From the IMG/VR virus record IMGVR_UViG_3300029305_003293, positions 1 through 54,160 of that record: a stretch of DNA of 54,160 nt, one strand, 5' to 3'. The notes under the pieces were generated by a model. It was not told the DNA's origin. It made no database searches and saw nothing but the letters and a program-made list of their open reading frames with translations. Below are positions 1-13,808 of this stretch, one piece after another. The position numbers and the translations under genes were made by a program. How positions within the stretch are numbered: position 1 is the stretch's first letter; the number at the start of each line of letters is the position of its first letter. The stretch is from a virus. Taxonomy: Duplodnaviria > Heunggongvirae > Uroviricota > Caudoviricetes.

Positions 1-1
1 G

Positions 2-2731
2 GGAAAAGAATTAGATAAATTAGAAAAAGCTAAAAATAGGGCTTATGGTGCTAAATATACTGATTTAATAGATCAAGAAACTGCGGCGCTGAAAAAAGAA
101 ATTGAAGCTTAGCGTGAATTGCAAAAAGAAGCAAAAGGATATATTAATTCAGATGGTTCTTAGTTAAAAAGCTTGGGTGCAATTATTGATGAAAATGGTG
201 TTATCGCGAATTATGAAGAATTAATGCAAAATTGGATAGATGATTATAATGCTGCGATTGAAAAATGGAATAATAGTGAGCAAGAAGAATCAGATCAAGA
301 TAAATTAGATGAAGCAGAGTAGCTATTTGAGGACAGAAAAAAATTAATTGAAGATTATGAAGAAGCTTTAGACAAATATGCGGATGCTCAAATTGCTATT
401 GAAGAAAATATTAATTAGATTTCAGAAAATACTCTTGAAGGTATTACCTATAAACTTGAACTTGAACTTGAAGTAAACGAACGAGATATTGAATTATTAG
501 AATATTATTAGAGTAAATATGAAGAAGCATTAAATAATTAGGATGATTTATTTAATACTTTGATGTAGCAAGCTTCAAATTATGAAAGTAATTTTATTGC
601 TTTACAAGAAGCTTATGATAATTTATTATATGAATATAGTCAACGAACTGAATTTGATGGATTGCAAGATGTGCATTTCGCAGAAGGTCTTGAAGAATTA
701 CATGAGCAAATGCTTGAAAATCTTTCAAATCTTGAAGATATTAAAGATCAAATTACTGAAATTTATGCCGAGACATTAGATTTAGCCGCGGAAGAAATTG
801 AAAATGCCACAGAATCTTTAGAACATATGAATGAGACTATGGAATCTTATATTAGTATTATGGGGTTGGCTGGTCGTGAAACAGATTTTAAAGCATTACA
901 AGCATTTTATGATGCACAGTATACAAATAATTTAAAGCGTTTAGAAATTCAAACAAAACATTTAGAAGAATTAAGAAAACAAGAAGCCGTATTCAGACAA
1001 AAAATTGAAGAAGATGGTCAATTAACTGAAATTGAAAAAGAACAATATCAAGCTTTAATGGAACATATTCGAGAAACTGAATCTACTATTGCTTCTACTA
1101 CAGAAGAAACATTAGATACTTTAAGAGCTGGTTATGAGAATACCATTAATGGTATTATGAAAGATCTTGATGATTTTATGGCCGGTGCCGCCGATTCTAT
1201 TTCTCAATTACAAGAACAATATGGATTCTTCCAAGAGGAGCAAAGTCGTTATGTTTCTACCGCAAAAGAATTATATGAAGTATCTCAATTGAATAGAGAT
1301 ATTGAATTGACTCTTGCTGAAACAACTTCTGAAGCCTCAAAAGAAGCATTAAAAGCTTTACAAGAAAAAATTAATAAACAAAGTGAATTAAATGAATTAA
1401 CTGAATATGATATTGAAATGAATAAATTGCAATATCAATTATTACTCGCTAGAATTCAATTAGAAGAAGCGCAAAATTCTAAAGATACTGTACGACTTAC
1501 TCGTGATGATAATGGCAACTATGCTTATCAATATACCGCAGATGAAGACAAAGTTGCCGAAGCAATGCAAAAATATGAAGATTATTTACAACAAATTAAT
1601 GATCTTACTACCGAAAGAGTATCTGAACTTGAACAATAGTTTATTAACTTAATGCAAGAAGAGCAAGATCGTATTAATGAAATTGCTTTAGATACTACTT
1701 TAACAGAGCAATAGAAGTATGATCGCATGCTAGAAATTCAATCTTATTATGCAACGCAAAGATTGTATATACAAGAACAAGCAGATATTGCGAGTTAGAA
1801 TTTATTAACTAATCAAGAAGCTATTGCTGATCATTACGGAGTTAATATTACAACAATTACTGCATCTACCGCGGGAAATGTTAATGCTAATATTCAAAGT
1901 ATGATTGCAGAAGCTGAGCGCTATAATGATGCAATGTATGAGGCATTATTTGGTCCAGATGGAATTGCGAATGCATTATCTGATTACGGTCAAGCAATTA
2001 GTGCCATTACATCTGCGAGCGGAACTTCATATGGAAGTATGATTGAAAACATGCAAAATATGGGCGAAATAAATAATGAAGCATTACAATCTGCGATTGA
2101 AACAATTGAAACGTTAGGAGATACTCTTGATCCTATTAATGATATGACCAATGCATGGAATGCTCATAATGAAACCCTCCAACAAACAATAGCATATTAT
2201 GAACAATTGGCTAATAAAATCAATATTGATTTAGCTGATTTAGGAGATGTTAATGCGATTGCAGGAGCAGGAAGAAATGCTTATGCAGATCTTGATACTG
2301 CGCAGTTAACAGATGAAATTAAACATGATATTGATGTTGAAAACATGACAGAAAAAGAAATTACCAAGCAATATTTGGCTCGTATGTATGATGAAAATCT
2401 TACTACCGCAGAACGCTTAAAATTAATTGCTGAATATGAAGAATCTTTAATGAAAGCTGCGGCGAAAAACGAAGAAGAAAGTTATGGTCGTCAAGGCGTA
2501 TCCTTAAATGTATCTAATGGTTTGATTGATTATCTTGCTGGTTTAACACAAATGCAGATGTCATATTATGATCGTTACGATCATTCAGTAAAAGATAGAC
2601 CTTCTTAGACTCTTGATCAAAATGTATCAATTCAGGTAGAATTCCCGAATGTAACTAGTCAAGAAGATATTATTGAAGCGTTTAATAGCTTAATTAACCA
2701 AGCGGCACAACTTGCCAGCGTAAGAAAATAA
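2..2731 (+). CDS. Tape measure protein, C-terminal part (5' partial; TAG=Gln)
   Basis: One frame is open from base 2 to TAA at 2729-2731 when TAG is read through, joining ORFs 662-1639 and 1901-2608. It is E/Q/L/A-rich coiled coil and ends TLDQNVSIQVEFPNV...AFNSLINQAAQ, an ending typical of tape measure proteins. It lies upstream of the tail genes. Confidence 0.8.
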
Positions 2732-2739
2732 TGATATAA

Positions 2740-2770
2740 TAATGGGGAAGAGGAATACTCTTCCCCATTA
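2740..2770 (+). terminator. Hairpin after the tape measure gene
   Basis: 13-bp stem TAATGGGGAAGAG/CTCTTCCCCATTA with a 5-nt loop; the downstream T-tract is weak. Confidence 0.6.
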
Positions 2771-2853
2771 TGTTTATTTGGGTGAAAATAAATAATATTT
2801 ATAAAAAAATCTTTATGATGATATAGAGTAATGAGGAAAAGGAGTGAGTCATA

Positions 2854-5800
2854 TTGGCTGATCAAAAAGGTTCATTGGCTACTGCAATATCTGATGGTAT
2901 TTTGGGTAGTCTAGAAACATATTACTCCAAGATGATGGAAAAAAATCAATATGATATTACTGTAGATGCGGTCATTACAAATATAGATAATAAGCTTGAT
3001 GGTATTTACAGAGTAAAAACTGATGGCGCAGAATTTGATGCATATGCATCTTCTGGATCTTATTACAAGGATGATCAAGTCTTAGTCCAAATTCCGAATG
3101 GTAATTATGGAAATTAGAAATTTATTTTAGGCAGAAAAGTTGATGAAGATATTGCCAATCAAGTTTTTAATTTTAAACTGCCTTTTGATGATTTTATTCC
3201 ATTACAACATTTGGATAAAGATCATGAGCCTCGTAGTGGAGCTCATTGGGCCAATTATCCAGGATTTGCAAGAGAAAATTTACCAACTGGTCGAATTGAT
3301 GAAAATGGAGTTGCGATAATAGAAAATCCAACATTAGTTTGGAAATGGGTTAATTCTGGTCAAAGTACAATTGGTAATACTAAATTAGGCATTCAAGCTG
3401 ATTGGTAGACAATGCTTGGAATGTATCAACCTCTTAGAGGAACATATGGTTTTAGAATTATAACTAAAGGAACAACTAGTGCTACTGAAACTGATGCTTC
3501 AGTAGAGAGAGTCCAAGAAGATTATTTTACTAATAGAGATATGTATGGTAATACATATGCATTTTATGTTCCTTATTCTCAGCAAAAAGTAATTGATATT
3601 AGTGAATTTTTAGAAATTCATTCTGTTGAAATTCATTTTTATCAAGATTATAATTTTGCAGATAGTAATAATGTATATATTTCATATGAAGAAACAGATG
3701 CAGATGGAAAGCCATTAGTTCCTGAAAATATTTTATTTAATTCAATTGATGTATTTTTAGGTGTAAGTAATCAAGATTTATCAGAAGAAACTGCGTTATT
3801 ATATTCTTATGATCCATTAAGTTATACTGGTATAGAACATCTTCCAGAAGTCGCAGGAGAGGTTTCAACTTGGACCTGCAATGATATTAGAACTTTATAG
3901 TTTGTATGGATTCATAAAGAAGCAAATAAAACTTTTACAGTTATTGATGATATAAATGAATTACTTGCTCAAGGAGAAGCATCTGGTAAAGATACTCATG
4001 TTTATTGGTATCGTCGCGATTATGATGATGAAATTGTTGGAACGCAAGAATCATTATTCCCTGGTCAAAAATATATTATAAATGAAAATGGTCAATATGA
4101 GCCGGCCTTTGAAGAAGAAAGTGGATTACCATTATTTGATTCTGAGGTTCCTCGTGCAAAAGAATATAGAGAATTATTTTTAGATCTAAAAGATGCTGAA
4201 AATAATATTAATTATCAATCTCGTATTACTCGCTATGGAGGAGAAGGATGGACTTTTATTCCTGCGGCGACAGATAAATTTGTTTATGCAGTAAATCCTC
4301 GCGGTAACAAGAGTAGAGAAAAATTTAAAGTTGTAGTATAGCATCATGGTACTCATACAACAAGTGAAGAATTAATTTTAAATAATACAAGAGATGTAGA
4401 GGCAGAATATGCTTATGGCGCTCGTAATGATGCAATTATTATTCAAACATATAAAATAATAAAAACAAGAGATAGTAATGATGAATGGACTGGTGAATAT
4501 CACGCGAAACCAGATAATTCAATGAATGCATTTCATGTTTATGATGAGAATAATAAAATTCTTTATAATGATGATGATGAAAGATACGATGATCATTTTT
4601 ATTATTTGCAAGTACGGGCAAGAAATGAAGAAACATATGAGTATGAAACACTTCCTACGGTTACAGAAAATGGTTTAAGCACAGGAACAGTAATTTCATG
4701 GGCTATGCCTCATGATTATACTATGATTAAATCTTCTTTAGAAGTAACCAAAGAAGATGCAAAATTATTTGGTATTGATCCAGAAAATGAACCAGTACGA
4801 TATGATAATTTTCATAATGCTACAATTAAATTTTAGATTAGTGAAATATTAAATAATAGATATTAGAATAATACTGTTAATGCGGTTATTACAAAAAATA
4901 ATAAAACGCATCATATTGAAAAGGCGTTAAATTTTGGACGCGCAGAAGGCCAAGGACATGAATTTGTTCCTATTATAGAAATTATTGAACCCGCAGGTGG
5001 AACCTATATTTGTCAAGGTGAACATTTTTAGTTAGGTGTTGCAGTTTATAATAGAGATGGCTCTTTATTTGAAAATCCTGCTTTATTGTCTTTTTCTTGG
5101 AAAGAGCTTGGTGGACAAAGTACATTCTGTAATTATGGTACTAAAAATGAATTGGAAGAATCTCAAGATGGATATTTGATTGGGAATTATTATTTTACAG
5201 AAGATACTTTTGATCCTGAATTTGATTAGAAATATAAAGGATATTCTAATAATGTCGTTAGAGGATATTTGATAAATGAATACCCGCCAATTTTTGAAGT
5301 GACTATTTATGGAGCTGGGGATTATCCTTTAGTAGCTCGTTTCGCGCCAATGATATGTAATAATTATCAATATAAACAATAGCGAGACATTATGGTTCCA
5401 TCCAGAGTAGAATTTAAATCAGATGGCACTAATCCAATTTATTACAATGAATATTTTATGATAGATGTATTAACGATTGGTGCGGATTAGATTGCTGTTC
5501 ATCAGGCAGAATGGCCAGAATGGCATTTAAATGAAAATGGTAAAAAATTATTTTATTTAGACTCTACTACAGTGAAACAAAATATGGTTGCTTCGCATGA
5601 AGATGGAACGACAGCGCCTCAAGAATGGGAATATACAAAATATCGTTTGCGTTCTAATGCAATTTTTACTGATGATTTAGGCAATAAAATTGATAGATTG
5701 CAATGGACTGAAAAACTTTTAAAGCCAGAATATTATAGCTATATTTATTATACTACTGAAGATAATATTTATATCGCTTAGGCTTTAGCATTTGACCGCA

Positions 5801-8800
5801 ATTATTATTCTTCTTCTCTTGTTAATGATTGGAATGGAACATCTTTAATTTGGGACGAAGAAAATGGTGCAGTATTTTCTACTATGATTGCGGCAGGTTC
5901 TAAAGATTCTGAAAATCGATTTACCGGTGTTATGATGGGCGACTGGGGCGCTAAAGGAGATGAATCTCTTGACACTCCTGGTATGTATGGTTATCATCAA
6001 GGTGAATAGAGTTTTGGATTTAAAACTGATGGTACTGGTTTTATCGGAAAATCTGGAAAAGGTCGTATTCAGTTTGATGGAACTGAGGCTATTATTAGCA
6101 ATGCGGATCGTAGTTGCTACATAAACTTGAATCCTATTAGTGTAAAAAATGGTCCTGCTAATATTAATAATTAGAGTTTCTCATCTAATTTTATGTATTG
6201 TAAAGTCCCTCGCGCGGAAAATAGTTTTACAAGTTTAACAGATGGAATTTTAGGAATTAATAGCTGGGTTAGAGAATATTTTAAAGATAGCAGTAATGAT
6301 TATTTTATTGTTGATCCTAATTATGGAGTTTTAACTACTGGCGGTATAGTTGCGAAGTATGGCGCTCTTGGCAATTGGATGATTAGTAATGAAGGTATGT
6401 ATCAAAAGTCTGAAGAAAATTAGGCTTATATGTATCTTGGTTTTGACGATATGAATATTAGCACAAGTAGTGCTTGGCAGGCAAGAGATGCTGAGATTGT
6501 AAAAGCGAAAAATGATTTAACTACTAAATATGAATAGTTAAATATAGTCAATTCTTAGATCGAAACCGCAAGTAAAGAAGTAGAAGAAGCTTTAGAGAAA
6601 TAGAGTAATGATAGTGAAAAATATAATTCTGAAATTGAAATATTAGAAAATTAGATTAAAGAATTAAATAATACCGTTATTGAATTAGAAAAATAGAATA
6701 GTGATTTAGAAAAAGATAATAAAGATAAAGAAGCAGCGATAATTGAAAAACAAGCATTAATTTAGGATTATTTAGATGCTAAGTTAAAAGCTTCTGAAAA
6801 TATCGATACTCATTATTTAGAGTTATATAATTTAAGATAGCAACTTCTTGATTTAGATTCTGAAAATGCTGTTAAACTTTCTGAAATTATTGATAATATA
6901 GCAAGGATTCAGAATGTTGAAACTGATTTAATTGCATTATAGGGATTATAGTTAGAATATGAAAATACTTATAATAATTTATTAAAACATGAAGAATAGA
7001 TATAGAATAATTTAACTACTATATAGAATACAATAAATGACCAATAGGCGCAGGTAGGTGTTTTACAGGCTGAATATAATACCTATTCTTCTCAAGAACA
7101 AACTCTTAATTCTGAAATTTTTATAGTTACTAATAATATTTCTAGTGCAGAGTAGAGTCTTTTAGAAAAAATGTAGAAGATTTACTCAAATGATGAATAC
7201 AGTGAAATAAAAACAACAGAAGAGTTTCAAAACGATTACAATGATAAATTAAATGAAATAGAAGATTTAGAAACAGAAATTTCACAAATTGAAAAAGATA
7301 TTGAAATTTTAGATAATTAGATAAAAGTCTTAACAGAAAATAATCAAGATAATATTAATGATGAACGAATTTCGGCATTGCAAGAACAAAGAACTAATTT
7401 AGTAAATGATCAAGAAGAAAAACAAGAAACATTAGATCATTTAATCGAAGATAAAAATTATTTATTTAATGTTCTTATTCCTAAATCTACTGAATTAGAT
7501 AATTTATATACTCAATTAGAAAATTTAAATAATCAATTAACAACAGTTTCTACAGCTCGTGAAAAAGCAGATTCTGATTTAAAATTATTAACTGAATCTT
7601 TAACTGCGAATCAAAATATTAAATAGTCTTATGCAAATGATTTAACATCAAATGCTTCTGAACTTTCAGCATTAAATAGTAAAGTTAATGTATTAAATAT
7701 AGATTTAAATAATATCTACGCTGCGGTAATGACTTTTAATGAGATAGAAAATTATTAGGAAAATATTATTTTTAGTAGTGAAGATATTAAAAGTTAGATA
7801 CAAGAATTATTAACTTTTACAAAAGAAAAATATACCCTTTTATCTAATACAGTAGATAATATTATTGATACTTTAACCACAGAAAAAGAATAGTAGGAAA
7901 AACTTATACAAGAAAATCCTGATGCTGTTTAGACAAATGAAAAAATATAGACTGTATCTGATAAAATTGAACAAGAACAAACTAATTTATAGAATGCCAT
8001 TGATAATATTAATAATACTAAAATAGAAATAAGTAATTTAGAAAATGCGATTATTTTAAATACAAAAACTATTGATAAAAATTTAATCTTAATATATGGT
8101 GGCTATATAATAGAACAAGATTCAACTACTTTTGTTGAAGGATACAATAATACTAAAAATGATTTACAAGATAAAATAAATAATTATATAATTGCGATTC
8201 GTAATTTAGAAACAAATGTTAAAAATAAAGAATTTGCGGTAGATGAATTAGAGCAATTACAAATCAATATTTAGTCAGAAATTGTTAAAATTATTTTTAA
8301 TTTAGATTAGCTGCAAAATATTATAAAAGACGCTTTATCAACACCATATGAATCTGGTACTTTTGTAGAAGAAAATAATGCATATATAGATACTATCGCG
8401 CGAATGAGATAGGCAATTGAAAAAATTATTTTTGAAGGATCTACAAGATATGCAATATATGTTGCCGATAAAGAGCCAAATTCATTAACAGTATAGTATG
8501 ATAGTCCGGTGTAGCCATATTTTTCTGTAGACTGGAATGGTACATTATTTGCAAGAAAAGGATTAATTGCAAATACTTGGACTATAGACGATACGAGTTT
8601 GACATATAGAAAAAATAATGATAAAATTTATATTGGTTAGGAGATACCTAATATTGGTTATGTACCTAACTATTCTTTATAGGATGAAACAAAAGAAAAA
8701 ACAACTGGTTGGGTAATATCTGCTGGCGAATCTATTATTAATGAAAACAAAGAAGAAGATTATACTGTAAAATTTGGTGTTACATTAAATGGTAGATTAT

Positions 8801-10239
8801 ATTCTGAACTCGGTCGTATCGGCGGCTGGGATATTGGGAAAACTACATTAAGTAGTGTCCCAGCTACAGAAAATTCTCCTTATATCATTTTTGATGGTGC
8901 TTCTAATGAAATTAAATGTAGTAATGGTGCTTTTAGTTTAAAAGCTTCTAATGGTGAAGTTTATTTTGGCCAAGTAATTGGAAATACTGAAGATGGTTCT
9001 ACTATTCGAGGAAATGTTTATCTTGCTGAATTTCTATTAAGCGGTAGGTCAACTACTCAAGGTGATACAATATCATATGTAGATAAAGTATTAATGTAGA
9101 ATTCTGATACTAACACTCCAGTAACAGTTGGAGGTACTTCTGATAATTATGGTTGGGGAAGCGTCTCTGTTGGAGGAACCACAATTAATGTTGGTTCTAA
9201 TGGATTAGTTACTAATTTAAACTTTTCTCTTGATGCGAGTGATACGAATTATTTACAATTTTTAGATCGAGGAGAAGGACATTCTGAATACGGAATGGTT
9301 CTTGCAGTAGGTAAAAAAAATAATTCTAATGATGCAGCTTCTATTCTTTATCCCGTTTAGGATGGTGGAATTTTAGGATTATCTAATCATAAATGGAATA
9401 TTGTAGCAAAAAATATTGCTGCGGAAATGATTAATGCAGATGCAGTTAATGGCACTAAAATGTATATGGATATGAAATTATTAGCTACTCAGGAATGGGT
9501 CAGTGAATAGTTGTAGAAAATTTGGGATGCTTTAGCAGATCTATCTAATCAAACCGCAAAAGCAAGTGCAACAAGTCACGCTAAATCTGTTGTTGCAGCA
9601 GATTGGGGTGGCACTATTAATGGTAATGGTACATATTCAATTTATATGATTTTTACAAGAGGAAATGGATCTACATTTAATTCTAGCGCAACAGGTGAAT
9701 TGGCTGCAGGAGCACATAGCCACGATATTTCATTTGCTCGTTCAGGAACTGATTTAAAAGTTCAAGTTGCAAAAGGATGTACTTAGAACGGACAAGAAGT
9801 GTCAGTTTCAATTGATCATACTCATGATATAAATGGTGAGTTTTCAGATGGCGTTTTTACAGTTGCATCAGGTGGCGCAAATTTTAATGGAGCCAGCAAG
9901 TCTTATAATTTTGATGTGCGCACGACTAGCTGGTTTAAGTCTGAAATGCAAAAAACTGCTGATGCAGTTATCGCAAGCGTACGATCTGCTTTTAGTGGTT
10001 CTATTACCACAACTGGAAATATAAGTTGTAGCGCAGGAAGTGGAAGTAAGTCAGGAACTGCAAGAGCAAGTGCTTCAGTAGGATGTGCAATTAGTAGAAC
10101 AGTATCTGGTAGTACAGCATATGCATCTTGGAGCACATCAGTTACTATGACAGGCTCTTGGCATGGTAGTGACTCTGATGGTTGGACTTGTACCGCTAAT
10201 CATAGAGTAGCAACTGGTAATAAAATTACGGAAACTTAA
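2854..10239 (+). CDS. Giant tail hub/spike protein, 2461 aa, with a ~670-aa internal coiled coil (TAG=Gln)
   Basis: TTG start after AAGGAG. ORF-track fragments at 2854, 3211, 3412, 4522, 5572, 6193, 7378 and 9799 share one frame and are separated by TAG; the frame ends at TAA 10237-10239. The C-terminus has HxH motifs (AHSHD, DHTHD) and a Ser/Gly/Thr beta-rich tip like phage spike proteins. Confidence 0.75.
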
Positions 10240-10265
10240 TGTATTATAAAAGGAGAAAAAGGATT

Positions 10266-10658
10266 ATGAAACTTAGTTTTGGCAAAGTTGTTGATATGCT
10301 CAATGTTTGCAAGGAATTAAAAGAAGTTAGAATGCCATTTAAACTTAGTTTAATTCTTGCAAAAAATATAAAAACACTTGAATTAGAAAATGATTTTTAT
10401 ATTGAGCGTGAACGAGAGTTTGCGATGAAATATTTAGAAATTGATAATGAAACAGGTCAATTTAAAATGATTTCAGATGGAATTTTTAAAATTAAAGAAG
10501 GTCTTGAAGACGAATGTAGAGAAGCGCGTGAAGAATTAAATAAGTTTGAAGTTGAACTTAATCTTCATAAGATTCCAATGTCTCTGATTGAAAATATGGA
10601 CTGTTTCACCCCTGAGCACTTAATGGCTCTTGAAGAACTTATCGCAGAGGAGGAGTAA
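10266..10658 (+). CDS. Hypothetical tail-region protein (130 aa)
   Basis: ATG at 10266 with AGGA upstream; no TAG; ends TAA. Confidence 0.75.
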   Translation: MKLSFGKVVDMLNVCKELKEVRMPFKLSLILAKNIKTLELENDFYIEREREFAMKYLEIDNETGQFKMISDGIFKIKEGLEDECREAREELNKFEVELNLHKIPMSLIENMDCFTPEHLMALEELIAEEE

Positions 10659-10661
10659 AAT

Positions 10662-13600
10662 ATGGATAAATTGTATCCTCCTATTATAGCGGGTACATTA
10701 CCATCATTTTACAAATCAGATTTTGGGACCACTAATATAGTGGTCCCTTTTTCTATGAATAAAACCGTTAGTGTATCCGCAATTAAAGGTTTTAGTCTAA
10801 GAATCAAAACTACAAATACAGATATTTTATACGGCATTTTAGAATCTAATAAATGGAATCCTTTAGAAATCGCCAGTCCAGAAGTTGCTTTTGAAATTCC
10901 TGATAGTGTATTAAATAGATTGGCAATAGGATCTTTTTATAAAGTATAGTTAGCATATGTAGATATAGATGATGTTGTTGGCTATTATTCTACCGTAGGG
11001 ATTATTAAATACACTGCAAAGCCAGAGGTTCAAATTGTTGATTTAATTTCATCAATTACAAATATGGCGAAAACAGAATATCTTGGTTCTTATTATAATA
11101 AAGAAGATCCAACAGAAAAAGTTTATCAATATCGTTTTTGTCTATATGATAAAAAAGATAATTTATTAGAAACATCCGGCTGGCGCACTCATAATACTTA
11201 TGAAGATACTTCATTAATAGAATCTGTAGATAGATACACAATGAGATATGCGCTTGACCGCAATGTGACTTATAAGATTTAGTATTAGATTTTAACAAAT
11301 AATAATTTACAATTAAACTCTTTAAAATATTTAATTATGGACGCAGAATCTATTGACCCAGAATTGAGAGCAGATTTAAAGGCAGAGTTAAATTACGAAA
11401 ATGCTTGTATAAATTTAAATTTAATCGGTCATAAGCGTCCAAATGGATCTGATTATGCAATTTCAGGAAAATTTTTATTAAGTAGAGCTTCTTCTCTTGA
11501 TAATTATGCTACTTGGTTACCGATTTCTCAATTTACAATGACAGGTGAATTACCGCAAGCATTTTTGTTTAGGGATTATACGATTGCGCAAGGCGCTACT
11601 TATATTTATTCATTGCAACAACATAATGATTATGGTATTTACTCAAATCGTATTTTAACTGATTATGTTACTGCACATTTTGAAGATGCTTATTTATTTG
11701 ATGGAGAGCGTCAATTAAGAATTCGCTTTAATCCAAAAGTATCTTCTTTTAAAACAGTTGTTCAAGAAGTTAAAAAAACTACTTTAGGTTCAAAACATCC
11801 TTTTATTTTCCGCAGTGGTGCTGTTGAGTATAAGGAGTTTCCTATTGCAGGTTTGATTTCTTATATGATGGACAATGATGAATTCTTTTTATCTAAATCG
11901 GATGATTTATATATAAATGATTGGGAAGATACTACAGACATTATTGATGAAAACATTTTGGTTGAAAGATTATTTAAATTGCAAGTTTTAGATTGGTTAA
12001 ATGATGGTAGACCAAAATTATTTAAGTCTCCTCAAGAAGGTAATTATATTGTACGCTTAATGAATGTAAGTTTATCTCCTATTGATTCAACAAGTAGAAT
12101 GATTCATAATTTTAATTGTACAGCAACTGAAATTGCAGATTTTACTTCAGAAAATTTAGATAAATATGGATTAATTAATGCACACGATGTTGTAACTTAT
12201 TAGATGAGATGGGAAACTGTTTTATTAAGAGATCTTCAAATTGCTCTTGCAAAAGATGAAGAAAGTATTTATAACAGAGATTTACTAAAAGGTTAGAGTG
12301 CTTATTATGTTAAATTTACTGATACAAGAATGGGTACAACTTTTAGATTTTTAGATAGTAGAAATGAATCTCATACAATTATGATCGGCGCTACCGGTTC
12401 GTATGAAATTCAACTTGATGAACCAATTACAAAATTAGAATTAATTACTGTAAATAATTCTTCAAGTGGATAGCTTACTAATTCAACTCCTGTATATGGA
12501 TCTTTAACTTTCTCTATTTTATCTGCGGCGCTTAATAGATTTAATACAATTGAAGAAGTTAATAATCTTGATGTAGTAATGCATCAATTATTTGGACCAG
12601 TAGATAATGTTATTGCGGACTATTCCACTTTAAAAAGAAAAGTTACTCGTATTTATTTTGCTAAATTTTCTAAATTAGAAGTTAGAGAAGTATATTCTCC
12701 TTTATTTGGAAAACAAACTATTGATGGTTATTTAACCGGTGTAATTCAAGATTTATCTTTTAAGACTTTATATGATATTTAGAGTATTAATCCTACTAAT
12801 AATGAAGTGGATCATTATTATTGTAGATATATGAGTTAGACTCAATATTATGAATTAATGCAAGAGTCATATAAAATTATTTATAAAAATGATTATGATC
12901 CAAATTATATTTGGTTAGATGAAGAAATAGCTGTAAATAAAAATGAATATGATGCTTGGCAAGAAATTACTGCTTTTAAACATGCTATGGATTAGAATTT
13001 AACTCAAGATGGAAAATTATATACCTATCCTCATTTTGCATCTATTATGCCAGAATTAAAATATGGAACGCAACAAATCCAAGTATTGGATGCTTATACG
13101 GTGTATAGAGATCCTAATACTAAAAAACAATACCGCCTTATTGGACATCAACTAGCAGATAATGAGTGGGAAGTTATTCAATCTGGTGGAAAATATTATT
13201 TTAATTATACTGATTTAACTCCATATGTAGTATATTTAAAAAAATATTATGAAAATGGAAGATTAAATGAGGAATATTATAAATATGATGGTGCCAGATT
13301 AATGAAATTAGAAGATTATTCAACTAAAATTCAATATGGCAATGTTGAATTAGATGTAATGGATAAATCTATAGTTTTTGTTGATGAAATTTCAAATGTT
13401 CCAGAAAAAATTACTATTGGTTCGGGCGTATGCGCAGAATTAAGTATGCAAGTAAAATTTATAAAATACACACTTGAAGCTCTCTGTAAGAATGAAAAAG
13501 ATTTATATGAAGAAGCAATGATGAAATATTATCTCGCAGTTTTAAATTTAAAACCAGTTGCAGATAATTCCACTTTACAAGATGATGGAATTTATTATGT

Positions 13601-13808
13601 TTGGGAGCGAGATATGTTTAATCGTTTAGAAGCTCGTAATATTGAATCGTACAAAGAACGCACAACTGTAGTATATGAACCGGTAACAGATGGATCATAT
13701 TATTCACAAAATGTTATCAATGATTATTATAATCAAATGAAAACATACGAAAAAAATTTCTTAGATATTTTATAGACCCATCTTATTGAGTATGAGGAGA
13801 ATGTTTAA
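10662..13808 (+). CDS. Putative baseplate/distal tail protein (1048 aa, TAG=Gln)
   Basis: Fragments at 10662, 11064, 11337, 12579 and 13047 are in one frame. Read-through reaches TAA 13806-13808, which overlaps the next ATG (TAATG coupling). Function is inferred from position only. Confidence 0.7.
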
